Shown here in pieces: positions 7,455-16,362 of a stretch of DNA of 64,000 nt (positions within the stretch are counted from its first letter, which is position 1; each line of letters starts with the position of its first letter). The translations under genes and the position numbers were made by a program. This DNA comes from Candidatus Uhrbacteria bacterium RIFCSPLOWO2_01_FULL_47_17 (GTDB taxonomy: Bacteria; Patescibacteriota; Patescibacteriia; UBA9934; GWF2-40-263): contig MGEI01000004.1 in assembly GCA_001791305.1 (NCBI GenBank), forward strand, positions 61,101 to 125,100. The letters run 5' to 3'. The notes under the pieces are model-generated. The model was not told the origin of the DNA, made no database searches, and saw only the letters and a list, made by a program, of their open reading frames with translations.

Positions 7455-8498
7455 ATGAAAAAAATTTTACCTCTTTTAATCCTGTTCGTTCTTGCGGGTG
7501 CGGGATGTTCCGCGGCGCCAAAAGCAAATAAAGCGGACGGTGGAATTTTGAAAACCGTTGATGCGGGAAAAATTTGGTCACAAAGTTCGCTTGTGCCAAC
7601 AGCAAAGGGAATCGGCACACTCGCAACCGCAAACATCATTACCATGGAAATGGATCCGCAGGATAAAAATGTCTTGTATGTGGGAACGCGTGAAGATGGA
7701 TTTCTCTATTCGGATGACGCCGGAGTTTCTTGGCGCCAACCAAGAGATAAAGCGCTCTCAACCGGATTTATTCCATCCATCAAGATGGATCCAAAAAATG
7801 TGTGTACGGTTTATGTCGCAAAGGGTCCGCGTCTTTACAAGACCATCGACTGTATGCGCACGTTTCAAAATGATGCGTACATTGAGAGTCGTGAAAAAGT
7901 GAGTGTCGTGAAAGTGGCGGTGGATTGGTTTAATCCGCAAACGGTTTGGATTGGACTTTCAAATGGTGATATTCAAAAAAGTTTGGATGGCGGAAAAACG
8001 TGGAGCAATGTGCTTCACGTGAAAGATGTCATTACAGATATTCTCATCAACCAATCCGACAGCCGCATGGTGCTTGTTTCAACATCGTTAAAAGGTATGA
8101 TGAAAACCGGAGATGGCGGAGCAACATGGGAAGCCGCAGAGCTGAAAGGAATGGCCGGAGCGACAACGGTTTATGATTTGATTCAATCAAAAAATTCTCA
8201 GACGGTGATTGCGGCAACGAAATATGGTCTCATTCGTTCCACAAGTTTTGGGGCGGTTTGGGAACCGATCAAACTTGTGACCGCGCCAGGGCAAGTAAAT
8301 ATTCAAGCGGTCGGCATGGATGTCTCAAATCCGGACGTTCTGTATTACGCAACCACCGCAACGTTTTATAAATCGCAAGACGGCGGCGCAACCTGGCAAA
8401 CAGGAAAGCTCCCCTCAAATCGCCTCCCTCGCGCGATTCTCGTTGACCCAAGTTTGAATACCGTGTTATATATCGGAGTCGCAACGGAGGCGAAGTAG
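7455..8498 (+). CDS. Lipoprotein with BNR/sortilin-type repeats (Ycf48-like beta-propeller)
   Basis: Signal peptide with lipobox LAGAGC; repeated S-x-D-x-G-x-T-W motifs (DAGKIW, DGGKTW, DGGATW). Confidence 0.7.
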   Translation: MKKILPLLILFVLAGAGCSAAPKANKADGGILKTVDAGKIWSQSSLVPTAKGIGTLATANIITMEMDPQDKNVLYVGTREDGFLYSDDAGVSWRQPRDKALSTGFIPSIKMDPKNVCTVYVAKGPRLYKTIDCMRTFQNDAYIESREKVSVVKVAVDWFNPQTVWIGLSNGDIQKSLDGGKTWSNVLHVKDVITDILINQSDSRMVLVSTSLKGMMKTGDGGATWEAAELKGMAGATTVYDLIQSKNSQTVIAATKYGLIRSTSFGAVWEPIKLVTAPGQVNIQAVGMDVSNPDVLYYATTATFYKSQDGGATWQTGKLPSNRLPRAILVDPSLNTVLYIGVATEAK

Positions 8499-8584
8499 CC
8501 CAAGGCTTCAGCCTTGGTTCTCCATGTTAGATACAATGATCAATCAGATGCAGTGACCAAGGCTAAAGCCTCAGATTACGATAA

Positions 8585-9151
8585 ATGAAATCGACTATGC
8601 ATATATTCCTGTCATCCAAGAAGCCTTTATTCGACGCGGTACTTGATCACTTGCATAAAGAACTCGGAACCCTTCGTACCGGACGCGCAACTCCACAACT
8701 TGTGGAGGATATTCGTGTAAGCGCATATGACTCGACGATGGAGCTTAAAGGACTCGCATCGATTTCGGTTCAAGATGCAAAAACAATTGTGATTGATCCA
8801 TGGGATAAGGGATTAACGCAAGCGATCGAGAAAGCGATTCGTGATTCTGGAACAGGCCTCTCGCCCGCAGCAGATGGCGGAGTGATTCGCATTATGCTTC
8901 CTCCGATGACAGAGGAAAATCGCGTGAAGCTTGTGAAGCTCATGAAAGAAAAATTGGAAGATTCACGCATCGCGCTTCGAGGAGTGCGTGAAGGGGTTCG
9001 TGATGAGATTCTCGAGAAGGAGAAGAACAAAGACATGAGCGAAGACGAAAAGTTCAAGTTGCTCGACGAACTCGAGAAGCTGACGAAAGAGTTTAATGAG
9101 CAGATCAGTGCAATGGGAGAGAAGAAAGAAGATGAAATCATGACCGTGTAA
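8585..9151 (+). CDS. frr: Ribosome recycling factor
   Basis: LRTGRATPQLVEDIRV…; 188 aa, typical RRF length and motifs. Confidence 0.9.
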   Translation: MKSTMHIFLSSKKPLFDAVLDHLHKELGTLRTGRATPQLVEDIRVSAYDSTMELKGLASISVQDAKTIVIDPWDKGLTQAIEKAIRDSGTGLSPAADGGVIRIMLPPMTEENRVKLVKLMKEKLEDSRIALRGVREGVRDEILEKEKNKDMSEDEKFKLLDELEKLTKEFNEQISAMGEKKEDEIMTV

Positions 9152-9153
9152 TT

Positions 9154-10479
9154 ATGGAGCATTCAAAAATCACCATGGAAAAAATTGTTTCACTCGCGAA
9201 AACTCGCGGGTTTGTTTTCCCTGGTTCGGATATTTACGGCGGACTCGCAAACTCATGGGACTACGGTCCACTTGGAGTTGAATTGAAAAACAACATTAAA
9301 CAAACATGGTGGAAAATGTTTGTGCAAGAGCGCCTCGACATGGTTGGGATCGATGCCGCACTCATCATGAATCCAAAAGTCTGGGAAGCGTCGGGGCACG
9401 TCGCTACGTTTAGTGATCCGCTCGTCGAATGTAAAACATGTCATGAGCGTTATCGCGCCGATCAGATCGATCTTGGGGCGCCATGTGTAAAATGCGGCAA
9501 CAAGGGAACGTTTACCGATCCTGCATCGTTTAATCTCATGATGAAAACATGGCTCGGTCCAAAAGAGGACGCGAGTGCTGTTGCGTATTTCCGACCAGAA
9601 ACCGCGCAGGCGATGTTTGTGGATTTTCCGAATGTGATTACATCGAGTCGTAAGCGCGTTCCGTTTGGAATGGCACAGATTGGAAAAGCGTTCCGCAATG
9701 AAATTACTCCGGGAAATTTTATTTTCCGCACACGCGAGTTTGAACAAATGGAGATCGAGTACTTCGTGCATCCATCCGATTGGGAGAAGTTCTTTGAAGA
9801 GTGGCTCGCGAATATGTACAAGTTTATGGACCGCGTCGGAATAGACGCGGCTCGTTCGCATAATCTCGAAGTCGCAAAAGATGAGCTCGCGCACTACTCG
9901 AAACGTACAGTCGACATTGAATTTGATTATCCGTTCGGACGCAAAGAATTGTACGGACTCGCATATCGCACAGACTTCGATCTTTCCACACATGCGAAAT
10001 ACTCTGGATCGAACATCGTGTATACAGACCCAATGACAAACGAGAAATATGTTCCGCATGTGATTGAACCCTCTTTTGGTGTCGATCGCACACTTCTCGC
10101 TGTTCTCCTCTCGGCCTACGACGAGGAAACAGTCGCATCCGAAGAAGGGGAAGGAGACACACGCGTTGTTTTGCGATTCAAAAAAGAAATTGCCCCAATC
10201 AAGATTGCTATTTTGCCACTCAGTAAAAAAGAAGAACTTTCAAACGTCGCGCGCCCAATCGCAGAAGCGCTTGCAAAATATTGGCGTGTTGACTATGACG
10301 AAACGCAATCCATTGGAAAGCGTTACCGACGTCAAGACGAAATCGGAACGCCGTATTGTGTCACGGTCGACTTCGAGTCACTCGAAGACAAAGCAGTCAC
10401 CATTCGCGATCGCGATACGATGAAACAAGAACGGGTACCAATTGCCGAGCTCGAAGTGTGGTTCAAAAAACAATTTTAA
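9154..10479 (+). CDS. glyQS: Glycine--tRNA ligase (homodimeric class II type)
   Basis: FVFPGSDIYGGLANSWDYGPLGVELKNN…, class II motifs, 441 aa. Confidence 0.9.
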   Translation: MEHSKITMEKIVSLAKTRGFVFPGSDIYGGLANSWDYGPLGVELKNNIKQTWWKMFVQERLDMVGIDAALIMNPKVWEASGHVATFSDPLVECKTCHERYRADQIDLGAPCVKCGNKGTFTDPASFNLMMKTWLGPKEDASAVAYFRPETAQAMFVDFPNVITSSRKRVPFGMAQIGKAFRNEITPGNFIFRTREFEQMEIEYFVHPSDWEKFFEEWLANMYKFMDRVGIDAARSHNLEVAKDELAHYSKRTVDIEFDYPFGRKELYGLAYRTDFDLSTHAKYSGSNIVYTDPMTNEKYVPHVIEPSFGVDRTLLAVLLSAYDEETVASEEGEGDTRVVLRFKKEIAPIKIAILPLSKKEELSNVARPIAEALAKYWRVDYDETQSIGKRYRRQDEIGTPYCVTVDFESLEDKAVTIRDRDTMKQERVPIAELEVWFKKQF

Positions 10480-10480
10480 A

Positions 10481-10605
10481 AAAAGTGAAAGAGTGATGGA
10501 GTGGAAGAGTGAAGGAATGAGACAACTTTTTCTTTTTTGAAACGATGAAACAAAAACAAAAAGCTGTTTCTCTTCCACCACTCTTTAACTATTTCACTCT
10601 ATCAC
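10481..10605. repeat. Purine-tract inverted-repeat element, copy 2 (AAGTGAAAGAGTGATGGAGTGGAAGAGTGAAGGAATG … CTCTTCCACCACTCTTTAACTATTTCACTCTATCACTC)
   Basis: Same AGTGAA-repeat family as 3675-3806; between glyQS stop and M16 peptidase start. Confidence 0.55.
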
Positions 10606-10622
10606 TCTGCCTCCCCCCCCCT

Positions 10623-11891
10623 ATGCCCCACCAAAACTTCACTTTAAAAAATGGTATGCGCGTTCACTTGGTTCCGGTTTCTGGAACGCAAGCGGTGACG
10701 GTTTTGGTTCTCACAAAAGTTGGATCGCGTTACGAAACACCAACCCTCAGCGGGGCATCGCACTTTATTGAGCACCTCATGTTTAAGGGAACAAAGCGCC
10801 GTCCAACAACGCTCGACATTTCTCGTGCGCTCGACTCGGTCGGGGCACAATACAACGCATACACAAACAAACACGAGACGGGGTACTACATCAAAATCGA
10901 CGCGAAACACACATCGCTCGCGGTCGACATGTTGCATGACATGGTATTCAACTCGAAGTTTGATCAAAAAGAATTGGATCGCGAGCGCGGGGTGATCATT
11001 GAAGAGATCAACATGTATCAGGATAGTCCGATGAGACATGTCGAGGATTTGCTCGAAGGTCTTGTGTTTGATGGAAACACGCTCGGATGGGAAATTGCGG
11101 GATCGCACAAAACCATGAAAGAAATGAAACGCGATGAGATTATTGCGTTTCGTGATTCGCATTACATTCCGTCGCGTATGGTTGTGTCTGTTGCGGGAAA
11201 TATTCCAAAAGATATTAAGAAGACGCTCGAAAAAACATTTGGAAGCGTAAAGATCAGCAAGGCGGAACATCCAACGTTCGCGCCGTTTGTAAAATCGAGC
11301 ACAAAGAAAAAAGTAAACGTTCAATTTAAAAAGACGGAACAGATTCACCTCATGTTCGGATTTCCCTCGTTTGGAATCGGTGACGATCGCAATGAGGCCC
11401 TCGCACTCCTGTCTTGCATTCTCGGCGGCACCATGAGTTCACGTTTGTTCATCTCGGTTCGTGAACGCAAGGGTCTCGCGTACATGGTGCGCTCGAGTAA
11501 CACAGCGTATGACGACGCGGGTGTGTTTTCCGTTCAAGCTGGACTCGATAAATCTCGCGTGCTGCTTGCGTACAAGACGATTATGCAAGAGCTTCGCAAA
11601 ATTAAACGCGAAGGCGTGACCGCAAAAGAAGTGAAAGAGGCGATTGATCACGTGCGCGGAAGTATGTTGCTTGCGATGGAAAGCTCTTCGTTCCAAGCGG
11701 AATGGTACGGCGATGACGAATTGTTTCTGAACAGAGTTCGCACCCCAGAACAATTCATGGCCAAACTTTCGAAGATCACCGCGGCAGATATCAAAGCGAT
11801 CGCAAACGAAGTGATCAACGAAAAGAATATGAAAATGGCGGTCATTGGACCGTATAAAAATGAAATGGATTTTTTGAAATCCATTTCGTAA
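10623..11891 (+). CDS. M16-family zinc peptidase (insulinase-like)
   Basis: HFIEHLMFKGT (HxxEH inverted zincin motif); start taken at MPHQNF because ORF-track N-extension is the repeat element. Confidence 0.85.
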   Translation: MPHQNFTLKNGMRVHLVPVSGTQAVTVLVLTKVGSRYETPTLSGASHFIEHLMFKGTKRRPTTLDISRALDSVGAQYNAYTNKHETGYYIKIDAKHTSLAVDMLHDMVFNSKFDQKELDRERGVIIEEINMYQDSPMRHVEDLLEGLVFDGNTLGWEIAGSHKTMKEMKRDEIIAFRDSHYIPSRMVVSVAGNIPKDIKKTLEKTFGSVKISKAEHPTFAPFVKSSTKKKVNVQFKKTEQIHLMFGFPSFGIGDDRNEALALLSCILGGTMSSRLFISVRERKGLAYMVRSSNTAYDDAGVFSVQAGLDKSRVLLAYKTIMQELRKIKREGVTAKEVKEAIDHVRGSMLLAMESSSFQAEWYGDDELFLNRVRTPEQFMAKLSKITAADIKAIANEVINEKNMKMAVIGPYKNEMDFLKSIS

Positions 11892-11897
11892 TTGTAT

Positions 11898-11919
11898 GGG
11901 TGCCCCTTGTGGGTACCCA
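11898..11919. repeat. 22-nt exact repeat GGGTGCCCCTTGTGGGTACCCA (hairpin-forming); second copy inside murG
   Basis: Identical 22-mer at 63654-63675; chance match in 64 kb is negligible. Confidence 0.7.
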
Positions 11920-11930
11920 TACGAATCGAT

Positions 11931-12704
11931 ATGAAAACCATCATCGGCAACTGGAAAATGAATTTGGGAGTGCGTGAAAGCGTGGCGCTTGCACGTTCTT
12001 CTTTGTTGCTGCTGCGTGGAAAAAAAGTCGCGCCACACATGGTTATTTGTCCCTCGACCATTGCGCTTTCCGAAGTGCGCAAAGTTGTTGCGCGCAGTGG
12101 ATGCGGTCTTGGTGCGCAGAACGTCTCGAGCGAGGAACAGGGTGCGTTCACTGGCGAGACGTCCGCTCGGATGTTGTTCGAGGTAGGTGCGACTCATGTG
12201 ATCATTGGACACTCTGAGCGTCGTCATCTTTTCGGAGAAACAGACGAAGGTGTTAACGCAAAGATGTTGAAGGCGCTCGAACATAACCTGACACCGATCG
12301 TTTGCGTGGGAGAAACAAAAGAAGAACGCACTGCGGGGCATGTGAAAAAAGTTATTTTGCACCAATTGGGTACGGCGTTTAAAACCGTGCGCCCGAAATT
12401 CTCGGAAACTCTGTTTGTGGCGTATGAACCCGTGTGGGCAATCGGAACAGGAGAGACGCCAAGCGTTCAAGAAATTGTCGAAGTTCACACGTATATCCGC
12501 GAGATTCTCGGCGAATTATTTCCAACCGCACCAGAAACAGCATTCGCTGTATTGTATGGAGGAAGCGTGAATGGAGAAAATGCGTACAGTTTTTTGCGCG
12601 AGAAAGAAATTGATGGGCTTCTGGTTGGTGGCGCAAGCGTGAAAATTCATCAGCTCAAAGAAATTGTAGATGCGGCATGTGAAGTTTTAATCGCTCAATC
12701 CTAA
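11931..12704 (+). CDS. tpiA: Triosephosphate isomerase
   Basis: MKTIIGNWKMN…, catalytic GHSERR and AYEPVWAIGTG motifs. Confidence 0.9.
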   Translation: MKTIIGNWKMNLGVRESVALARSSLLLLRGKKVAPHMVICPSTIALSEVRKVVARSGCGLGAQNVSSEEQGAFTGETSARMLFEVGATHVIIGHSERRHLFGETDEGVNAKMLKALEHNLTPIVCVGETKEERTAGHVKKVILHQLGTAFKTVRPKFSETLFVAYEPVWAIGTGETPSVQEIVEVHTYIREILGELFPTAPETAFAVLYGGSVNGENAYSFLREKEIDGLLVGGASVKIHQLKEIVDAACEVLIAQS

Positions 12705-12708
12705 TTGT

Positions 12709-13548
12709 ATGATTTGGATTATTCCTCTTGTGATTATTGCCGTGAGCTCAACCGTCCTTGTTTTGCTTTTGATTCGCAAAATGCCACAACTGCGCGTGAT
12801 TAATGTGGATTCCATTCCAAAAGAGCGCGCACGCAAAATTAAAGAACAACTTATTTTGCAAAAATTTCAGCGTGTGAGCGGAAAAAAGTTGAAAGGGGTT
12901 TCCGCATTTGCTGTGATGTCAGGGCGAACGGTTTCGCGCGCGGGGCGTCGTTTAGTTCAGCGGTTGTATCATCTTGAGCAGTATTACCAAAAATTGAAAC
13001 GTTCCGCCTCGGAAGGGCAACATGCGTACGATGCAGAAACCATTCATCGTCTGGTGGAAGAAGCAGAAACGCTACGCCAAAAAGATGAATTGATTCCGGC
13101 GGAAAAAATGTACATCGACATCATCAGTCACAACCCAAAGAGTGTAGATGCTTACGAAGGGCTCGGAAACTTATATCTCGCCAATAATCAATTTGATCAA
13201 GCGCGCGAAACGCTTCAATTTAGTTTGCGCCTTGCACCGAATGATGCAAGTGTTCTTGTGTCGCTCGCACAACTTGAATTAAAGCTTGAACAACCGAAGG
13301 CCGCACTCGTTCATGTAAAAAAAGCGATTCAGAAGCGTCCTAAGAATCCAAAGTATTTGGATTTGTTCATCGAGATTTCCCTGAAGGCTGGATCCTTAAA
13401 AGACGCACAGGAAGGGATTAAGCGTCTGAAAGAGGTGAACCCAGAAAACCAAAAGATTCAAGATTTTGAAGAGAGGTTTTCAGAGCAAAAAGCTGCTTAT
13501 ATGACGAAGTCCCACACATCCTCGGACGACGCTTCACAAACGGAATGA
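12709..13548 (+). CDS. TPR-repeat protein with N-terminal TM anchor
   Basis: N-terminal hydrophobic helix; TPR-like repeats (AYEGLGNLYLANNQFDQA…). Confidence 0.55.
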   Translation: MIWIIPLVIIAVSSTVLVLLLIRKMPQLRVINVDSIPKERARKIKEQLILQKFQRVSGKKLKGVSAFAVMSGRTVSRAGRRLVQRLYHLEQYYQKLKRSASEGQHAYDAETIHRLVEEAETLRQKDELIPAEKMYIDIISHNPKSVDAYEGLGNLYLANNQFDQARETLQFSLRLAPNDASVLVSLAQLELKLEQPKAALVHVKKAIQKRPKNPKYLDLFIEISLKAGSLKDAQEGIKRLKEVNPENQKIQDFEERFSEQKAAYMTKSHTSSDDASQTE

Positions 13549-13578
13549 AGTTTGTTATGATTCCGCGCGTCGTCATAT

Positions 13579-13654
13579 GCCGAAGTAGCTCAGTTGGTAG
13601 AGCAACGGTTTTGTAAACCGTAGGTCACGGGTTCGAGTCCCGTCTTCGGCTCCA
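13579..13654 (+). tRNA. tRNA-Thr (anticodon TGT)
   Basis: Cloverleaf folded by hand: acceptor GCCGAAG/CTTCGGC, anticodon loop TTTGTAA, T-loop TTCGAGT, 3' CCA encoded. Confidence 0.85.
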
Positions 13655-13676
13655 GTGTAATTTTATGCGATATTTT

Positions 13677-13762
13677 GGGCAGATACTCAAGCGGTCAACG
13701 AGGGGAGACTGTAAATCTCCTGGCTCACGCCTTCGAAGGTTCGAATCCTTCTCTGCCCACCA
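13677..13762 (+). tRNA. tRNA-Tyr (anticodon GTA), class II with long variable arm
   Basis: Acceptor GGGCAGA/TCTGCCC, anticodon loop CTGTAAA, long variable arm, CCA encoded. Confidence 0.85.
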
Positions 13763-13765
13763 GTT

Positions 13766-13841
13766 GCCGTTGTAGCTCAGTCGGTAGAGCACATCCATGG
13801 TAAGGATGAGGTCACCAGTTCAATCCTGGTCAACGGCTCCA
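13766..13841 (+). tRNA. tRNA-Thr (anticodon GGT)
   Basis: Acceptor GCCGTTG/CAACGGC, anticodon loop ATGGTAA, CCA encoded. Confidence 0.85.
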
Positions 13842-13952
13842 TACCGAAAAAGATTGAATCTTCCTTGTCCCTCGCGAGCTTCGAGCAACAAGCAAGAGTC
13901 CATCTTGACACAATCACAGATTCAGGCTAACGTTCGACCATAAATTCATCCT

Positions 13953-14108
13953 ATGTCACAAGAAAACCTCATCAAATTGGAATGTAAAGATTGTAAGCGC
14001 GCTGGCTATAATAGCCACAAGAACAAGAAAACCTTGAAAGAGCGCTTGGAACTCAGCAAATTCTGCAAGTGGTGCAACAAGCACACTCTTCACAAAGAGA
14101 CGAAATAA
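13953..14108 (+). CDS. rpmG: 50S ribosomal protein L33 (zinc-ribbon form); below ORF-track size cutoff
   Basis: MSQENLIKLECKDCKRAGYNSHKNKKTLKERLELSKFCKWCNKHTLHKETK; two CxxC pairs; tRNA-Thr-Tyr-Thr/rpmG synteny. Confidence 0.85.
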   Translation: MSQENLIKLECKDCKRAGYNSHKNKKTLKERLELSKFCKWCNKHTLHKETK

Positions 14109-14134
14109 CACCCCATCACGGGGTGTTTTCGTTT
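14108..14134 (+). terminator. Rho-independent terminator after rpmG (ACACCCC-ATCAC-GGGGTGT + TTTCGTTT)
   Basis: 7-bp GC stem plus U-run. Confidence 0.6.
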
Positions 14135-14164
14135 GATGAATGTTTGTGATATCATCGAAGCAAT

Positions 14165-14446
14165 ATGACTACACGCTATATTGGAATCACAGAGCTTCGA
14201 CGCAGTATGTCTACCATTGCTCGCAGAAGCAAAACAAAAAAAGAACGGTTTATTCTTGAGGGGAAAGATGGTTCTTGTTTTGAATTACGTCCCATTGCTA
14301 AATCCGTTACAAAAAAAGCTGTGCCGGCAAAAAAACGGGTTTATAAAAAAGAATTTATAGAGGGATTGAAACAAGCGATCGCAGAGGCAGATGCTGGGCC
14401 CGTCTACTCTCATAAGCAGGTTAAGAAAATGTTTCAGATCAAGTGA
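14165..14446 (+). CDS. Type II antitoxin (Phd/YefM- or RelB-like)
   Basis: 93 aa, basic, IGITELRRSMSTIARR… N-terminal antitoxin-like fold; stop/start overlap (TGAtATG) with downstream toxin. Confidence 0.55.
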   Translation: MTTRYIGITELRRSMSTIARRSKTKKERFILEGKDGSCFELRPIAKSVTKKAVPAKKRVYKKEFIEGLKQAIAEADAGPVYSHKQVKKMFQIK

Positions 14447-14447
14447 T

Positions 14448-14717
14448 ATGAAATTTTATCTTGATTATGCGCCAGGAGCTACAAAAGATCTTGCTGGTTT
14501 GTCAGATCAAATTCGAACCATGATCGTGAAAAAACTGGAAACGTATTTTCAACAAGATAACCCGCTTGCCTTCGCCAAACCACTTCAAGGAGATTTTAAA
14601 GGCTTCTATCGATTCCGTATTGGAGATTATCGCGCCGTTTTTCGAAAAAAAGCGGATGGGACGATTACAATCATTTTGATTCTGCGCGTTCAACATCGAA
14701 AAGATATTTATGAATAA
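14448..14717 (+). CDS. RelE/ParE-family type II toxin
   Basis: 89 aa; FRIGDYRAVF…ILRVQHRKDIY motif typical of RelE/ParE. Confidence 0.7.
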   Translation: MKFYLDYAPGATKDLAGLSDQIRTMIVKKLETYFQQDNPLAFAKPLQGDFKGFYRFRIGDYRAVFRKKADGTITIILILRVQHRKDIYE

Positions 14718-14749
14718 ATTCTCGTCCTTGTGGCGAGTGTTTTGTTTGA

Positions 14750-14758
14750 TGGTATAAT
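14750..14758 (+). promoter_or_regulatory. Extended -10 box TGGTATAAT 6 nt upstream of ATG (leaderless start for 14765 gene)
   Basis: tggtataat 14750-14758; ATG 14765. Confidence 0.45.
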
Positions 14759-14764
14759 CAATTC

Positions 14765-16093
14765 ATGCATAAATTCTTTTCTTCTTTTCTTCTCGCCCTC
14801 TTTCTTCTCGTTTCCCCCTCGAGTTCTTTTGTGTTTGCGGAAGAATCTATGCAAGCTGTGGAGGCGGAGAAGTCTCAGTTGCAGACGCAGCTTCAGCAGA
14901 TTGAGGCGCAGATTGCCCAGTTTCAAAAAGATTTGGTGAATATTAAGGGGGAGAAGAATACTCTCCAGAATAAAATTAAGCAGCTGCAAAAAGAACAGGC
15001 CACGCTTGCTCTTCGGATAAAACAGACGGCACTTGAGGTGGAAGAGATGGATGAACAGATTGTGGCGACAAAATCTTTGATTGAGCGGAACCAGTTGCGT
15101 ACGGAAACATTAAAAGCAGAGCTTGCGGAATTGTTGCGCCAGATGAATAAAAATGATCAGCGAACGTTGTTGTTTGTTTTATTTTCCGAGCACGACTTGT
15201 TTGATGCGCTTTCCGAGATTCAACAATTTGCGCACGTAACATCCGGGCTTGATGTTCTGATCGACCAGTTGCACAAAACACGAGAGGATCTTGGGGTTCA
15301 AAAGAATCGATTGGATGCCGAACAAGACCATGTTGAAAAATTATTGGCGGTGCAGACGCTGCAGCAACAAGCGTTAAAGGGGTCTGTGAGTGAACAGTCA
15401 ACATTATTAACGCAAACAAAAGGCAAAGAGAAAAATTATCAAGTATCGCTTTCAGATTCACAAAAACAAGCCGCTCAAATTCGCACGCGACTTTATCGAT
15501 TGCTAGACGTTGGAAAACAAATCACCTTTGGTCAGGCGGTGGAGATTGCGCAATGGGTTTCTGCGCAGACCGGTGTGCGCGCGTCGTTTCTGCTTGCAGT
15601 GCTCACACAAGAATCTAACCTAGGAAAAAACGTTGGAACCTGTAACCGTCCAGGAGATCCACCAGAAAAAAGCTGGAAGGTGATCATGAAGCCTACACGA
15701 GACCAGGAGCCGTTTAAAACCATCACAGAGGAGCTTGGACTTGATCCTGACACAACCGCTGTTTCATGCCCAATGCGCGATAAAAAAGGCAATCAAGTTG
15801 GTTGGGGAGGAGCCATGGGTCCCGCGCAGTTTATTCCTTCTACCTGGATGGGGTACCGCGCGAAGGTCGCAAACATCACGGGTAAGACCGCAAACCCATG
15901 GGATATCCGAGACGCCTTTATTGCCTCGGCACTCAAACTCGGCAATGATGGCGCAAAAACAAAAGAAGGCGAGTGGGCGGCGGCCATGCGCTATTTTTCC
16001 GGGTCAACGAATGTGCGGTTCAGATTCTATGGAGACCAGGTGGTCGCGCGAGCAAATGAGTACCAGGCGGATATTGAGGCGCTGAAAAAGTAA
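14765..16093 (+). CDS. Secreted lytic murein transglycosylase (MltB/SLT_2-like catalytic domain) with long N-terminal coiled coil
   Basis: Signal peptide; heptad-rich N-terminus; WGGAMGPAQFIPSTW motif matching MltB GPMQFMPSTW. Confidence 0.65.
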   Translation: MHKFFSSFLLALFLLVSPSSSFVFAEESMQAVEAEKSQLQTQLQQIEAQIAQFQKDLVNIKGEKNTLQNKIKQLQKEQATLALRIKQTALEVEEMDEQIVATKSLIERNQLRTETLKAELAELLRQMNKNDQRTLLFVLFSEHDLFDALSEIQQFAHVTSGLDVLIDQLHKTREDLGVQKNRLDAEQDHVEKLLAVQTLQQQALKGSVSEQSTLLTQTKGKEKNYQVSLSDSQKQAAQIRTRLYRLLDVGKQITFGQAVEIAQWVSAQTGVRASFLLAVLTQESNLGKNVGTCNRPGDPPEKSWKVIMKPTRDQEPFKTITEELGLDPDTTAVSCPMRDKKGNQVGWGGAMGPAQFIPSTWMGYRAKVANITGKTANPWDIRDAFIASALKLGNDGAKTKEGEWAAAMRYFSGSTNVRFRFYGDQVVARANEYQADIEALKK

Positions 16094-16150
16094 GAAAAGT
16101 CAAAGAGTTAAAAAGTCAAAAAGTGAAGGAGATGACACTATTTTCATTTT
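16085..16150. repeat. Single-arm copy (3) of the purine-tract repeat family (AAAAGTCAAAGAGTTAAAAAGTCAAAAAGTGAAGGAG)
   Basis: Near-identical to rc of right arm of copy 1 (caaagtaaaaaagtcaaagagtgaaaaagtgaaggaa). Confidence 0.5.
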
Positions 16151-16183
16151 TTGAGATTCCTGTATAATCGCGAGCGCGAGTCC

Positions 16184-16257
16184 TAGGGGCGTCGTTCAAT
16201 GGTAGGACGAAGGTTTCCAAAACCTTTGACGTGGGTTCGATTCCCTCCGCCCCTGCC
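16184..16257 (+). tRNA. tRNA-Trp (anticodon CCA)
   Basis: Acceptor AGGGGCG/CGCCCCT, anticodon loop TTCCAAA, T-loop TTCGATT; one T-stem mismatch; overlapped by a spurious ORF-track start. Confidence 0.8.
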
Positions 16258-16362
16258 AAAAAGATCCACAGTATGTGGATCTTTTTTGTTTTTCTTGCGA
16301 ATAATCTAGGCTTGATTTATAGTTTAATCAATCTTTTTTCGAAAGATAAAACCAAAAACTCT

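Noticed and set aside
9253-10059. 268-aa and 119-aa antisense ORFs inside glyQS (also 10644..11348- and 11439..12488- inside the M16 peptidase/tpiA, 25069..26250+ inside the kinase, 26484..27602+ inside rlmN, 29140..29691+ inside typA, 35078..35815- inside tdk, 57663..58436- inside pyrG)
   Set aside because: Each is antisense to a gene with unambiguous family motifs, and its translation is compositionally odd.
10545-10622. ORF-track N-terminal extension of the M16 peptidase (10545)
   Set aside because: It is encoded by the pyrimidine arm of the inverted-repeat element, so the start was moved to MPHQNF at 10623.
16231-16362. ORF-track start of the 16231..17253 gene
   Set aside because: It overlaps tRNA-Trp (16184-16257), so the start was moved downstream to 16363.
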